A DNA stretch of 64,000 bases, from contig OZ241855.1 of the NCBI GenBank assembly GCA_965202785.1, positions 1,120,001-1,184,000 on the forward strand, written 5' to 3'. Source of the DNA: Thermodesulfobacteriota bacterium. Its GTDB lineage: Bacteria; Desulfobacterota_D; UBA1144; Nemesobacterales; Nemesobacteraceae. The translations under genes and the position numbers were made by a program. The notes under the pieces are model-generated. The model was not told where the DNA came from. It saw nothing but the letters and a program-made list of their open reading frames with translations, and ran no database searches. Every line of letters starts with the position of its first letter. Positions within the stretch are counted from its first letter, which is position 1. Below, one piece after another: positions 1 to 9,576 of the stretch.

Positions 1-5
1 TTCAG

Positions 6-977
6 GTGGCGGGGCTTGACGGGAACTGGACGGCAGGCTCATTCATAGAGCATTCAATACACGATATAAGGGAAAGGGTCGGGAACGACAAGATCATATG
101 CGGGCTCTCGGGGGGAGTGGACTCTTCTGTCGCGGCGGCTCTTATTAACGAGGCGGTGGGCCGCAGGCTTTACTGTATTTTTGTTGATACGGGGTGCATG
201 AGGCTTGATGAGGCTCAGGAGGTTTGTGACGCTTTTTCCGAATTTGAAATGAATTTCATTCACGTGGATGCTTCTGAGAGATTTCTCTCTCATCTTGAGG
301 GTGTTGAGGATCCCGAAACGAAAAGAAAGATTATGGGCGAGCAGTTCGTGAGGGTCTTTGAGGAAGAGGCTGAGAGGATATCCGATGTCCGTTTTCTCGC
401 TCAGGGAACACTCTATCCCGATGTTATCGAGAGCGTGAGCGTCAAGGGTCCTTCGGCCGTCATAAAGTCCCACCACAACGTCGGAGGGCTGCCGGAAAAA
501 ATGAACCTAGAGATAGTAGAGCCTCTTCGGGAACTTTTCAAAGACGAGGTGAGAAGCGTTGGCAAGGCTCTCGGGCTTCCTTCCTCTCTCATAGGCCGCC
601 ATCCCTTTCCCGGTCCGGGTCTTGCGATCAGGATAATGGGAGAAGTCACGCGCGAGAGACTCTCCATACTGAGACACGCGGACAGCATTTTTATAGACGA
701 GCTTAAAAAATCGGAGGCCTATGATGAGATATGGCAGGCCTTCTGCGTTTTTATCCCGGTAAAGACGGTGGGAGTGATGGGCGATGAGCGCACCTATGAA
801 AACGTCTGTGCCCTGAGGGCTGTGAGCAGCACGGATGGAATGACCGCCGACTGGTCGAAGATATCCTATGATCTGCTCGGAAAAATCTCAGTAAGGATCA
901 TAAACGAGGTAAAGGGAATAAACCGGGTCGTATACGATATATCCACAAAACCTCCCGGCACCATAGAGTGGCAGTGA
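6..977 (+). CDS. guaA: GMP synthase, C-terminal part (5' end outside window)
   Basis: SGGVDSS PP-loop, [23 protein letters not shown] and [13 protein letters not shown] motifs. Confidence 0.97.
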   Translation: MAGLDGNWTAGSFIEHSIHDIRERVGNDKIICGLSGGVDSSVAAALINEAVGRRLYCIFVDTGCMRLDEAQEVCDAFSEFEMNFIHVDASERFLSHLEGVEDPETKRKIMGEQFVRVFEEEAERISDVRFLAQGTLYPDVIESVSVKGPSAVIKSHHNVGGLPEKMNLEIVEPLRELFKDEVRSVGKALGLPSSLIGRHPFPGPGLAIRIMGEVTRERLSILRHADSIFIDELKKSEAYDEIWQAFCVFIPVKTVGVMGDERTYENVCALRAVSSTDGMTADWSKISYDLLGKISVRIINEVKGINRVVYDISTKPPGTIEWQ

Positions 978-980
978 AAT

Positions 981-1193
981 CTAGCTGACTCTTTTTTTGA
1001 ATATGGCGAATTCGCCCGTGATGGTGGCAAGTTCCCAGCCGTCGTTACCAAGCGAGACAAGAGAATCCTCAAGGCTTCCCCTGGTATTCTCCCTTCTTGA
1101 GTCAACCTCTTCCTTGTAGACCGCTATATCATGGTCCTGAGGTCTTTTAACAAGCACATCAGTCGAGACTACCTTGTATTCCCAGCGCTCCAT
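981..1193 (-). CDS. Small DUF4177-like protein
   Basis: WEYKVV N-terminus and LGNDGWEL...FKKR C-terminus; start overlaps upstream stop (TAATG). Confidence 0.7.
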   Translation of the reverse strand: MERWEYKVVSTDVLVKRPQDHDIAVYKEEVDSRRENTRGSLEDSLVSLGNDGWELATITGEFAIFKKRVS

Positions 1194-1366
1194 TATTCTT
1201 CCTGGTCTCCGGCTTCCTCTTCTTCGTCGATGACAAGGGATGTTGCCTTGTCACTTACGTCGGGCAGGGATTTTACGTGTTTTTCGTAATCCTTCCGGGT
1301 AATATGCCCTTCTTCTATATATCTTTTGTAAATCCGTACATCAAAAAATTCTTCGTTATCCTGCAT
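1193..1366 (-). CDS. 57-aa hypothetical protein missing from the ORF track (MQDNEEFFDVRIYKRYIEEGHITRKDYEKHVKSLPDVSDKA...)
   Basis: Translated by hand; GGAGG RBS upstream; TAATG coupling to the next gene. Confidence 0.75.
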   Translation of the reverse strand: MQDNEEFFDVRIYKRYIEEGHITRKDYEKHVKSLPDVSDKATSLVIDEEEEAGDQEE

Positions 1367-1440
1367 TATCCATCCTCCGAAGGAAAAACAATTCTAACCA
1401 CGAGCGAGGTTTTTTCAAAGACAGAGACTTCAGGCTCCCG

Positions 1441-2367
1441 TTAATTTCTTCCCTGCAAGAACCAGTTCCATGTTCTAAAAAGGCCTTCGCGCAAGGTCAC
1501 CTGCGCGTTCCATCCGAACCTCTCTTTTGCCAGGGAGCAGTCAAGACTTATCCTTCTTACTTCTCCTGGGCGCTCTTTTTCGTGAACAGTCGTGAATTCG
1601 GTTTTAGTTACCTCCCCCAGTATGCGCACTATGTCGTTTACAGAGATCTCGATCGAGGTTCCTATGTTAAAAGTTCCTTCTTCTTTGAGGGTTGCGGCGA
1701 GCAGGTTTGCCCGCGAGACATCGGAGACGTGCACGTAATCCCTTGTCTGTTCTCCGTCTCCGAATATGATGCAGGTTTTTCCGCTGATTATTTTCTCACA
1801 GAAAATCCCTATCACACCGGCTTCTCCCTCGGGGTTCTGCCTTTCTCCGTAAACGTTTGAGTATCTCAGAATCACATGTCCGAAACCATGGTTCCTTGAA
1901 TGGTATCTTACGTAATTTTCCGTTGAGAGTTTCGAGATTCCATAGGGGGAAAGAGGAAGAGCGGGGGTTGTCTCACTGGCTGGAAGTTTCTTTGGTTCTC
2001 CGTAGAGAGCGCCGCCTGTGGATGAAAAAATAAACTTCCTGGTTTTGTGTTCCGCGCAGAGTCTAAGAACGTTAAGGGAACCGCCTATGTTTACATCGGC
2101 GTCAAAGCTGGGATTTTCAACGGAATCTCTTACGTTTATCTGCGCTGCGTGGTGGTTGACGATTTGGGGGCGGAATCGGCGAAACGCTTTTTCGAGTCCT
2201 GTAAAATCCCTTACGTCGCATTCGATGAATTCGGCTTCTGTGGGGATATTGCTTTCAGATCCGGTGGAGAGGTTGTCAATCACGAGAACCTCGTGGCCCT
2301 CGGAGATATACGCTTCGCATACCCAGGAGCCTATGAAACCCGCTCCGCCTGTAACTATTATTCTCAC
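1441..2367 (-). CDS. NAD-dependent epimerase/dehydratase (UDP-glucose 4-epimerase-like)
   Basis: TGGAGFIG, SPYGISK (YxxxK), RYSNVYG, GDGEQTRDYVHVSD. Confidence 0.92.
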   Translation of the reverse strand: MRIIVTGGAGFIGSWVCEAYISEGHEVLVIDNLSTGSESNIPTEAEFIECDVRDFTGLEKAFRRFRPQIVNHHAAQINVRDSVENPSFDADVNIGGSLNVLRLCAEHKTRKFIFSSTGGALYGEPKKLPASETTPALPLSPYGISKLSTENYVRYHSRNHGFGHVILRYSNVYGERQNPEGEAGVIGIFCEKIISGKTCIIFGDGEQTRDYVHVSDVSRANLLAATLKEEGTFNIGTSIEISVNDIVRILGEVTKTEFTTVHEKERPGEVRRISLDCSLAKERFGWNAQVTLREGLFRTWNWFLQGRN

Positions 2368-2473
2368 TTTTTTTCCTTCCGGATGCCGTGAAATAATAGT
2401 TTTCCCCTAGGGTTTTGTCAAAGAGTAGCTTAGTGCGAAGCTCAGAACTGGTTTAATAGTCTAGAAGACCAGA

Positions 2474-2515
2474 GAGCGGACATGCCAAGTCTGATTGTTG
2501 ACCGCATGTCCGCTC
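2474..2515. repeat. Perfect 12-bp inverted repeat, possibly a terminator hairpin
   Basis: GAGCGGACATGC (2474-2485) and GCATGTCCGCTC (2504-2515). Confidence 0.6.
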
Positions 2516-2577
2516 CTGATCTGTTTCCCGCCATTTAGCGGAGTTCCAGTTATTAATTCGAGATAGAACTGGATTGG

Positions 2578-3306
2578 TTAAGGAAGATCCAAAACGCCAT
2601 CTCCATCCGCTTCCAAAAGTATGTGGCAATCCTTGAGACTGCCATCCTCCTTTTCTAGGTATTTTGCCAATGCGGAGTGTGGAGTGTTTTGGTCCTCTGG
2701 TCCACAGTTGCCGTCTTCTATGTTGTTTGAAACATCAGTACTTGCCGGTATCAGCACGTATGGGCAGACCACCGCAGGTTTGAGTGCATCTTCTCCTCCC
2801 GGGCGGTAAGCATAGCCGGTCCAGTAACCGGTATATATCGTTTCCCCATCGGCAACGGGAATATCATCGTCGGCCCTTGCGGCAAGAAAGTATGCTCCGG
2901 GCCTGTCAAAAACCTCTCCTGTCTGACTTACATAGACGGATACGATAGTCTTCGGATTATAAGCACTCTCGCCGACCTCTATACCAATTTGCGGGAAGTA
3001 CGCATCTCCAAAAAGGGTGCCGCGGGCGACGAGCGTGACGTTAGATTCCCTCTCAGCCACCTCTTTTCCTTCCGAAAAAATTTGCACTCTCTCACTTGTA
3101 CAATCCGTATTGTTGTTCGCGTCAATACTTGTATAGAATCCTCTCATTTCTATTGGCTCTACTTCATCCTCATCGTCATCTAGAAGATCACAAGATGAGA
3201 GCGCAAGCAATCCGGCAAGGCAAAATACTGCCGAAAGAACAAAAATCCCAAGACCGCGCAACCCTCGTATACGGCGCCACGCTGAATTGCTATAAAATTT
3301 CTCCAT
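2578..3306 (-). CDS. Hypothetical lipoprotein
   Basis: Hydrophobic signal ending in lipobox LSSC, followed by an acidic linker; start refined to ATG 3306. Confidence 0.65.
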   Translation of the reverse strand: MEKFYSNSAWRRIRGLRGLGIFVLSAVFCLAGLLALSSCDLLDDDEDEVEPIEMRGFYTSIDANNNTDCTSERVQIFSEGKEVAERESNVTLVARGTLFGDAYFPQIGIEVGESAYNPKTIVSVYVSQTGEVFDRPGAYFLAARADDDIPVADGETIYTGYWTGYAYRPGGEDALKPAVVCPYVLIPASTDVSNNIEDGNCGPEDQNTPHSALAKYLEKEDGSLKDCHILLEADGDGVLDLP

Positions 3307-3567
3307 GATCGAAAACCCCCTCAAATAATAAGATATCAAATTATTGCACAATCCGGGTAGAAAAGTCTATATTTTTTTAACCTGTCCAGAGCATTATTCT
3401 CGTGTCGGTACACATGAAGACTTTGCGCTTCGGTTTGTCCGGTTTTTAAGTTATACTCTCCCTTCAAAACCGGTTTTTTTTCCGCCGGAATAGATGTATC
3501 AATCGTTCCGAGAGTGTCTGTACTTTTATTCAAAGGGCAAAATCATAAAGACCGGGCTTAATTCGCT

Positions 3568-4344
3568 ATGCTTCTCACAATTGACGTTGGCAACACGAGT
3601 ATAATGGTCGGAATATTTTCCGGAGAGGATCTCGTATACAGTTTCAGAATTGATACCGACAGAACCAAAAGTCCTGATGACTACGGAATTATCTTATTCG
3701 GGAAGATGGACGAGAAAGACATATCTCCCTCTTCGTTCAGCGGTTCCATACTCTCCTGCGTGGTCGCCGAGATGGAAGAGGGGGTGGCGAAACTGGTAGA
3801 GAAATATTTCGGTCACCGGCCCATAATAGTGGGTCCTGAGACAAGAACGGGAATGCCGATTCGGATTTATAGTCCCGAAGAGCTCGGGGCCGATAGAATA
3901 GCAAACGCCGTTGCGGCTTACCACCGTTTCGGTGGAAGCGTGATAGTGGTTGATCTCGGCACGGCGACCACCTTTGACTGTGTTTCCGAAAAAGGAGAGT
4001 ATCTGGGCGGAATCATAGTTCCCGGGATCGAGCTTTCCACGGTGGCGCTTTACCACGGAACTTCCAAGCTTCCGAAGGTTGATCCCGAGAAACCCGAGCA
4101 GGTGATAGGCAAAGACACCGTCGAGTGCATACAGTCGGGGCTGTTTTACGGTTACGCCTCGATGATTGACGGGCTTTGCGCGAAACTCAAAGAGGAGATG
4201 GGTTCTTCTCCCGAAATCGTAATTACCGGAGGGTTTGCCGAAGCGATCTCTGAGGAGTGCGCCTGCGTGAACCGGGTCGACAAGGACCTTGCTCTCCACG
4301 GCCTGAGACTGCTCCATGAACTCAACTCTCAGATACTCTGTTAG
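3568..4344 (+). CDS. coaX: Type III pantothenate kinase
   Basis: IDVGNT, LGADR, VVDLGTATTFD, YLGGIIVPG, TGG motifs. Confidence 0.96.
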   Translation: MLLTIDVGNTSIMVGIFSGEDLVYSFRIDTDRTKSPDDYGIILFGKMDEKDISPSSFSGSILSCVVAEMEEGVAKLVEKYFGHRPIIVGPETRTGMPIRIYSPEELGADRIANAVAAYHRFGGSVIVVDLGTATTFDCVSEKGEYLGGIIVPGIELSTVALYHGTSKLPKVDPEKPEQVIGKDTVECIQSGLFYGYASMIDGLCAKLKEEMGSSPEIVITGGFAEAISEECACVNRVDKDLALHGLRLLHELNSQILC

Positions 4345-4708
4345 GAAAATCGTCTCGGAAACCACCTGTTTTGTTCTCTCACTCGAACTCTCAGACGGTC
4401 ATCGCCACTGGGTTTTTCCAAACGCGGAATGGATGGACAAGAGAGAAAAGGCTATCGGGATCGAGTTTGAAGAAAATGACCTTTGGACCTTTCTCTGTGG
4501 GCAGTGCTACTCGGCGAAAGCTGATTTTTCAGTTTCCGGAAGGTACGTTCCGAGTCACGAAGGACTCTCCAAACTCTCTTTTAATCTCGATGGTTCGCCG
4601 CTACTTTGGGGTAATTACGTTCTGCTCTCTCCCAGTTGGGGACGTCACTCGAAAAAAAAGATGTGGCTTCTAATCCCCTCTTCGGGGCGGGAGCGCGGTC
4701 GGCAATAG
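4316..4708 (+). CDS. Hypothetical protein (uncertain)
   Basis: 130-aa ORF filling the gap after coaX; no recognisable motif. Confidence 0.3.
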   Translation: MNSTLRYSVRKIVSETTCFVLSLELSDGHRHWVFPNAEWMDKREKAIGIEFEENDLWTFLCGQCYSAKADFSVSGRYVPSHEGLSKLSFNLDGSPLLWGNYVLLSPSWGRHSKKKMWLLIPSSGRERGRQ

Positions 4709-4720
4709 GGGGGGGCTATT

Positions 4721-7447
4721 TCAAGTCAGGTCGGAGGGTGCTTGCGTATGGGTTTCTGTTTCCGGGAGCATTTTTACCCGCCCTTTAAATTCCTCGGATC
4801 CGGGATCGTAAAAAATTTCCTTTTCGTTTGCTAAAAACAGTCCTTTCCATAACGCATATCCTTTTCTGTTCATGTGAAGGCCGTCTTCAGTGAACAGCTC
4901 CTCTCTTATATCTCCATTCTCATTTAGCATGTAGTCGTAGACATTCAGATAAAAGGTGTTGGGCTCTCTTGACAGAAACTGCCTTACGAGATCGTTTGAC
5001 GCCTTGATTCTGTCAAGAAAATGGAACCTTACGGGACTCGGTTTTATTGAGACGAAGGTAAATTTCGTATGGGGGTAGGATTCTCTGAAGCGGTAGTAGA
5101 AATCCACAAAGAAATTCAGCACCTGCCTAGGAATACAGCCATCCCCTATGTCGTTATCGCCTGCATAGAAGACTAGGGATTTAACGTCATTAGGCTTTAT
5201 AAGCCGCTCGAAATAGTGCAGGCAGTAGGCTATCCTGGCGCCTCCGAAACCGAGATTCAAGGCGTTGTAATCGGAGAAATCCCTTGCCATGCCCCTCCAG
5301 AGGCGGAAACTTGAACTGCCGTAAAATACCGTCGCGTCATTCTTTTTCCCGACATGACGTCTCTCAAGGATTCTTATGTCCTGTTCAAACAGGTTTTTAT
5401 CGATTGCTGGGAACTCTTTCTCAACCTGCTCAAAGGTTTTTAAATTTATCTTGGTGGATTCCGCCCGTTTTGCGAGTCCTGCTGCCTCTTCCACATATTT
5501 CCTGTACTCGTTTCCGTATTCCCTGACGAACTCAAAGAGCCTGTCTTTGTTCTCTCCCGGATTTTTTACGTGATCGGAGACCCTGAAGGGCTTTTTTATC
5601 ACTAGGGAGAACACGTTCTGGTTTATCCTTTTGTCAAAGTTCGCCACCGCTACGGGAACGATGTAGGGCTCAGGTAAAACGGACGCGGCCAGAAGAAAAG
5701 CACCGAGTTTGAACGGACCGGGAGATTCCTCTGTCGTCATGCTGGTCCCCTCTGGACTTATTACTATGTTAAATCCTTTTCCTAGATGCTCCTTGGCCAT
5801 CTCATAGAACTTTTTCCTCCAAGCTTTTCTCCGCTCGGGGGTTCCTTGGGAGAGATCGGATTCGTCGGTGTAAACATTTATGTGCCCGAGCCTCTCATAG
5901 TAATATTCATGTCCGTATTCTTCCGCCCTTGGAACGCGTACGACGCGGATCCCGGCCTCGCCGTACTTGGCGTAGAGAACCATCGAACTTATGAAGTGGG
6001 AATCGAGCGTAATCTGAAAATGGTTGGGAAGGGTGTTATAGGGATGGTTCAGCAGATGATTGTATATGAAGATGTGTCCCGGCTCATCTGGCAGGTTCTC
6101 CCAGCCTTCAATTACGTAAGGAGTGCTATTGAAGACTCCAGCGAACTGCTTGGCCGCCATGGTTCTTATTTCGCTTGGAGAAAGTGACTTGGGCGCTACG
6201 GTCACGGACTGATAGACATTTTTTAAACCCTCGAAAAAATTGTATTCCTTGTAGATTTTTCCGAGAATATCAAGGCTGAGACGGGACAGTTCCCTCTCAA
6301 GGCTCTCGCCTTCTTTTTCCAGTCTGAACAGAAGCCGGAAAGCGTCATCTAGCGTAAGCGGGCTGTTTAGCAGATGGGGAAGTTTATGAATGGGGGAGTT
6401 TACACTTAGCTGCATGGAGTTTTGCTCGATAAGGTTGCTTATAGCCAGTATTTCTCGCTCGTATCTTTGCGATATTAGCCCCGCGCGGGCATTTCGAAGC
6501 CGGATTGACACCAGCCACAAAAGCCTTCTGGCCAGAGCCAGAGCCGAGTGGGAATCCTGATTCAGGATTTTGTGAAGATTGCGGGAGCTTATGTGATAGA
6601 TAACCGAGTTTCTGCTCGCAACTGCGGTGACATCGTTTGATCCGGCGGGAGCGGCGCCCATCCATCCGACCATGTATCCCGGGAGGTTGATCAGGTGAAG
6701 CGCGGCGGATTCCTCGATCCCTCCCTGCGCCCCGTCGGGAGAGAAGCACAGTGCCGCCTTTCCGTAAGCCAGTATGTCCATTCCTTTTGAGGCATCCCCT
6801 TGGTTGAATATGGGCTCGTTGTTCAGATAGTATTTTTTCTGGGTCGCTTTTGCCAGCTGGCGCAGTGTCTTATCAGGGAAAACCTCGAAAAAAGGAGATT
6901 GCCTCAAAAGCTGAAGCGGGTTGGGTACGGATATGTATTTCCCTTCCTGGGAAAAATCGCCCGTTTTCCCCGTCTCAATGTCCCAGTTGACGTTGTTGTA
7001 TTCTGCAAGCTCGGTTCTGACATGTTTTAGAAGGTTTATGCTTTTGCCGAGAACGAAAAGCAGGAATTCGCATCCCAGAAGGGGTTCCTGGTCAAAGAAT
7101 TTTTCAAGATTCTGGTGACTCCACTTTAGCAGGACGCAGGGCCTCTCGCATGTAATTGTTGTGTAGTAGCGTTTGGGAGAGCGAAAGCCCGACCAGCCTA
7201 CGGGAGTGAATTTTTCGTCGCTTTTTCCTACCGAGAATTCATCGGTTCTGTCTTCGACGCTGATTGAGAAATTCACCAGGCCCTCTACGAGAAAGTAGAA
7301 AGAATGGCTGGGTTCGAACTGCTTGGTGAGAACATAGCGTTCCGGCACTTCTATCAGTTCGCCTATCTTAAGCAGGAAATCGGTCTTGTCTTTCTCGAAA
7401 TTCGAAACGAACGGAAGTTCGCTGAATATCTCTTTTTTTTCCCACAT
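4721..7447 (-). CDS. Multidomain protein: two cNMP-binding domains, PlsC-type acyltransferase, SGNH/GDSL hydrolase
   Basis: CNBD-like segments (SFYFLVEGLV; FFEVF...IFNQGD...ILAYGKA); acyltransferase blocks (GWENLP, IFIYNH, SPEGT, IVPV); SGNH blocks (FYGSSS, NLGFGG, YAGDND, DGLH). Confidence 0.8.
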   Translation of the reverse strand: MWEKKEIFSELPFVSNFEKDKTDFLLKIGELIEVPERYVLTKQFEPSHSFYFLVEGLVNFSISVEDRTDEFSVGKSDEKFTPVGWSGFRSPKRYYTTITCERPCVLLKWSHQNLEKFFDQEPLLGCEFLLFVLGKSINLLKHVRTELAEYNNVNWDIETGKTGDFSQEGKYISVPNPLQLLRQSPFFEVFPDKTLRQLAKATQKKYYLNNEPIFNQGDASKGMDILAYGKAALCFSPDGAQGGIEESAALHLINLPGYMVGWMGAAPAGSNDVTAVASRNSVIYHISSRNLHKILNQDSHSALALARRLLWLVSIRLRNARAGLISQRYEREILAISNLIEQNSMQLSVNSPIHKLPHLLNSPLTLDDAFRLLFRLEKEGESLERELSRLSLDILGKIYKEYNFFEGLKNVYQSVTVAPKSLSPSEIRTMAAKQFAGVFNSTPYVIEGWENLPDEPGHIFIYNHLLNHPYNTLPNHFQITLDSHFISSMVLYAKYGEAGIRVVRVPRAEEYGHEYYYERLGHINVYTDESDLSQGTPERRKAWRKKFYEMAKEHLGKGFNIVISPEGTSMTTEESPGPFKLGAFLLAASVLPEPYIVPVAVANFDKRINQNVFSLVIKKPFRVSDHVKNPGENKDRLFEFVREYGNEYRKYVEEAAGLAKRAESTKINLKTFEQVEKEFPAIDKNLFEQDIRILERRHVGKKNDATVFYGSSSFRLWRGMARDFSDYNALNLGFGGARIAYCLHYFERLIKPNDVKSLVFYAGDNDIGDGCIPRQVLNFFVDFYYRFRESYPHTKFTFVSIKPSPVRFHFLDRIKASNDLVRQFLSREPNTFYLNVYDYMLNENGDIREELFTEDGLHMNRKGYALWKGLFLANEKEIFYDPGSEEFKGRVKMLPETETHTQAPSDLT

Positions 7448-7602
7448 AAAAATAAAATCATACCTTTTTTGCTGGCATAATATACTTTATCGCCGGAAGT
7501 CAGCTGACCGTTCGGACAAGACCAAGGGCTTTTTCGCAATTTTGTTGAAAACAGTTTACATTGATTTGAAAAAACTACGGAAACTTTTCCCAAGGAGACT
7601 CA

Positions 7603-7905
7603 ATGATAAAACGTATGGTGATGTGGAAACTGAAGGATTCACACGAAGGAATGAGCAAGGATGAGCTCATTGCCAATTTCAAACAGGAAATAGAGGGACT
7701 GAAAAGCGCCGTTCCGGAGATAAAGACTATGGAACTTGGCAAGAGTTTTAGTGAGCTTCCCGTCACGTACGATGTAGCCCTCTATTCTGAGTTCGACTCG
7801 AAGGAAGATTACGAAGTTTTCCTGAAGCATCCCGAGCACTTAAAGGTCGGGAAGTTCATCCGGCAGATAAGAACGGACGTGGCTCTTGTCGAATACGAAA
7901 CGTGA
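7603..7905 (+). CDS. Dabb (stress-responsive alpha/beta barrel) protein, copy 1
   Basis: VMWKLK, DVALYSEF, HPEH motifs; AAGGAG RBS. Confidence 0.9.
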   Translation: MIKRMVMWKLKDSHEGMSKDELIANFKQEIEGLKSAVPEIKTMELGKSFSELPVTYDVALYSEFDSKEDYEVFLKHPEHLKVGKFIRQIRTDVALVEYET

Positions 7906-8101
7906 TTTCTCTGGTTCCGCCCTTGCTAGTTGAATAAGGGGATATATCAAGCACGGATACACTGTTATCCGCTTTTATCGGCATAATATACTTGTTGTCA
8001 AAAGCCGGATAACTGTCTGGATAGAGGATTTTTCGCAATTCTGCGAGAAATAATTTATACTGCTTTGGAAAGGTACAGACACTTTTCCCAAGGAGACCCA
8101 A

Positions 8102-8404
8102 GTGTTAAAGCATATAGTGATGTGGAAAATCAAGGAGTCGCACGAAGGGACGGACAAGGATGAGATTATGGACAGGATTAAGGAGGAGCTCGAAGGCCTC
8201 AAAAGTTCCATTCCTGAGATAAAGACCATGGAGATCGGCAGGAATTCTAACGAACTTCCCACATCGTTTGATGTTGCTCTTTATTCCGAGTTCGAATCCA
8301 AGGAAGATCTTGAGATCTACAAGGAGCACCCCGAGCACGTAAAGGTCGCACAGTTCATCCGGCAGGTAACGATAGATGCGGTTGTTGTCGACTACGAAAC
8401 GTGA
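8102..8404 (+). CDS. Dabb protein, copy 2
   Basis: KHIVMWK, DVALYSEF, YKEHPEH, VVDY; paralog of 7603-7905. Confidence 0.92.
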   Translation: MLKHIVMWKIKESHEGTDKDEIMDRIKEELEGLKSSIPEIKTMEIGRNSNELPTSFDVALYSEFESKEDLEIYKEHPEHVKVAQFIRQVTIDAVVVDYET

Positions 8405-9411
8405 TTTTTTTGGTTCCTTCTAGTGGTTGAATAAGGGGATATATCAAGCGCAGACACCCTGTTATCCGCGTACATGTGGTAACCGAGCGTGGCTATCATG
8501 GCTGCGTTATCAGTGCAAAGAGCAGGCGAGGGGATAAAAACATTTATTCCTCCGCTTCTTATTCTTTCTTCGCTTAGCTGCCTTAGCCTTGAGTTGCAGG
8601 CTACCCCGCCCGCTAAAACAACGCTTCCCACTCCATTTTTCCTCGCAGCGTTAAGCGTCTTGTCAATAAGTGTTTCCACTATGGCTTCCTGATACCCTGC
8701 GCATACGTCAAAGAGATTCTCTTCGCTTTTAACCGGGTTTTTCCTTATGTGGTTAAGAAGAGCGGTTTTAAGCCCGCTGAAACTGAAATCAGGGGATTCA
8801 TTATTAAACGGTCTTGGGAAACTGATGGCGTCGGGGTCGCCGTTTTTTGAAAGCCTGTCTATTTCGACTCCTCCGGGATACCCGAGCCCGAGGGCCTTTG
8901 CTCCTTTGTCAAAAGCCTCCCCCGCGGCATCGTCTCTCGTACTTCCGAGCAGTTCGAAGTCAAGAAAGCCCCTTACCATGTAAAGGTTCGTGTGTCCCCC
9001 GGAAACTATGAGTGCGACAAACGGAAAATCGATTTCGTTCTCCAGATGCGCCACTGCTATGTGCGATTCCAAATGGTTTACTCCCACAAGAGGTTTTCCG
9101 TGGGAGAACGCAAGTGCCTTCGCGGTTGAAATCCCGACCATAAGCGAGCCTATGAGTCCGGGCCCCTGGGTTACCGCTACGGCATCCACTTCCCCGACGG
9201 AAGCCTCGGCGTTCTCAAGAGCCTGGTTGATTACCTGGAGGATTATTTCGGTGTGCATGCGCGAAGCTATCTCCGGGACGACGCCGCCGAAGGCGTTATG
9301 AACGTCAATCTGCGAGGAAACCACGTTTGAGAGCATATGTTTTCCGTCTCTTATAACTGCCGCGGAAGTCTCGTCGCATGATGTTTCAATACCCAGAATC
9401 AGAGAAGACAT
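8392..9411 (-). CDS. tsaD: tRNA N6-adenosine threonylcarbamoyltransferase
   Basis: GIETSCDET, GGVVPEIASR, HLESH, DDAAGEAFDK, CTDNAAMI. Confidence 0.97.
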   Translation of the reverse strand: MSSLILGIETSCDETSAAVIRDGKHMLSNVVSSQIDVHNAFGGVVPEIASRMHTEIILQVINQALENAEASVGEVDAVAVTQGPGLIGSLMVGISTAKALAFSHGKPLVGVNHLESHIAVAHLENEIDFPFVALIVSGGHTNLYMVRGFLDFELLGSTRDDAAGEAFDKGAKALGLGYPGGVEIDRLSKNGDPDAISFPRPFNNESPDFSFSGLKTALLNHIRKNPVKSEENLFDVCAGYQEAIVETLIDKTLNAARKNGVGSVVLAGGVACNSRLRQLSEERIRSGGINVFIPSPALCTDNAAMIATLGYHMYADNRVSALDISPYSTTRRNQKNHVS

Positions 9412-9576
9412 AAACCGAACCTTTTTCTAGAAATAATGGAGTAATAACTTTACCTAAGTGCCAGATTTAGTGAACCACGCGCGGAGAAAAGTTTTCGCTC
9501 TTACCTTGTTTCGTGCTAACATGTACCGATTGACATTGGCCCGGTTTAAAGCTGTTTTTATCTCAGAGAATTTATA

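Larger units (their letters stand above)
7474..8470. repeat. Diverged tandem duplication, period about 499 bp (Dabb upstream region, Dabb gene, tsaD 3' tail)
   Basis: 7929-7972 matches 8426-8469 at 40/44 nt; GGCATAATATACTT and ACTTTTCCCAAGGAGAC occur upstream of both genes. Confidence 0.9.

Noticed and set aside
4708-4715. G8 run as a phase-variation tract
   Set aside because: Lies between two convergent stop codons inside a small AATAG/CTATT hairpin and affects no reading frame
7856-8101. 81-aa ORF containing a tsaD-like peptide
   Set aside because: By-product of the duplicated tsaD tail; overlaps Dabb copy 1
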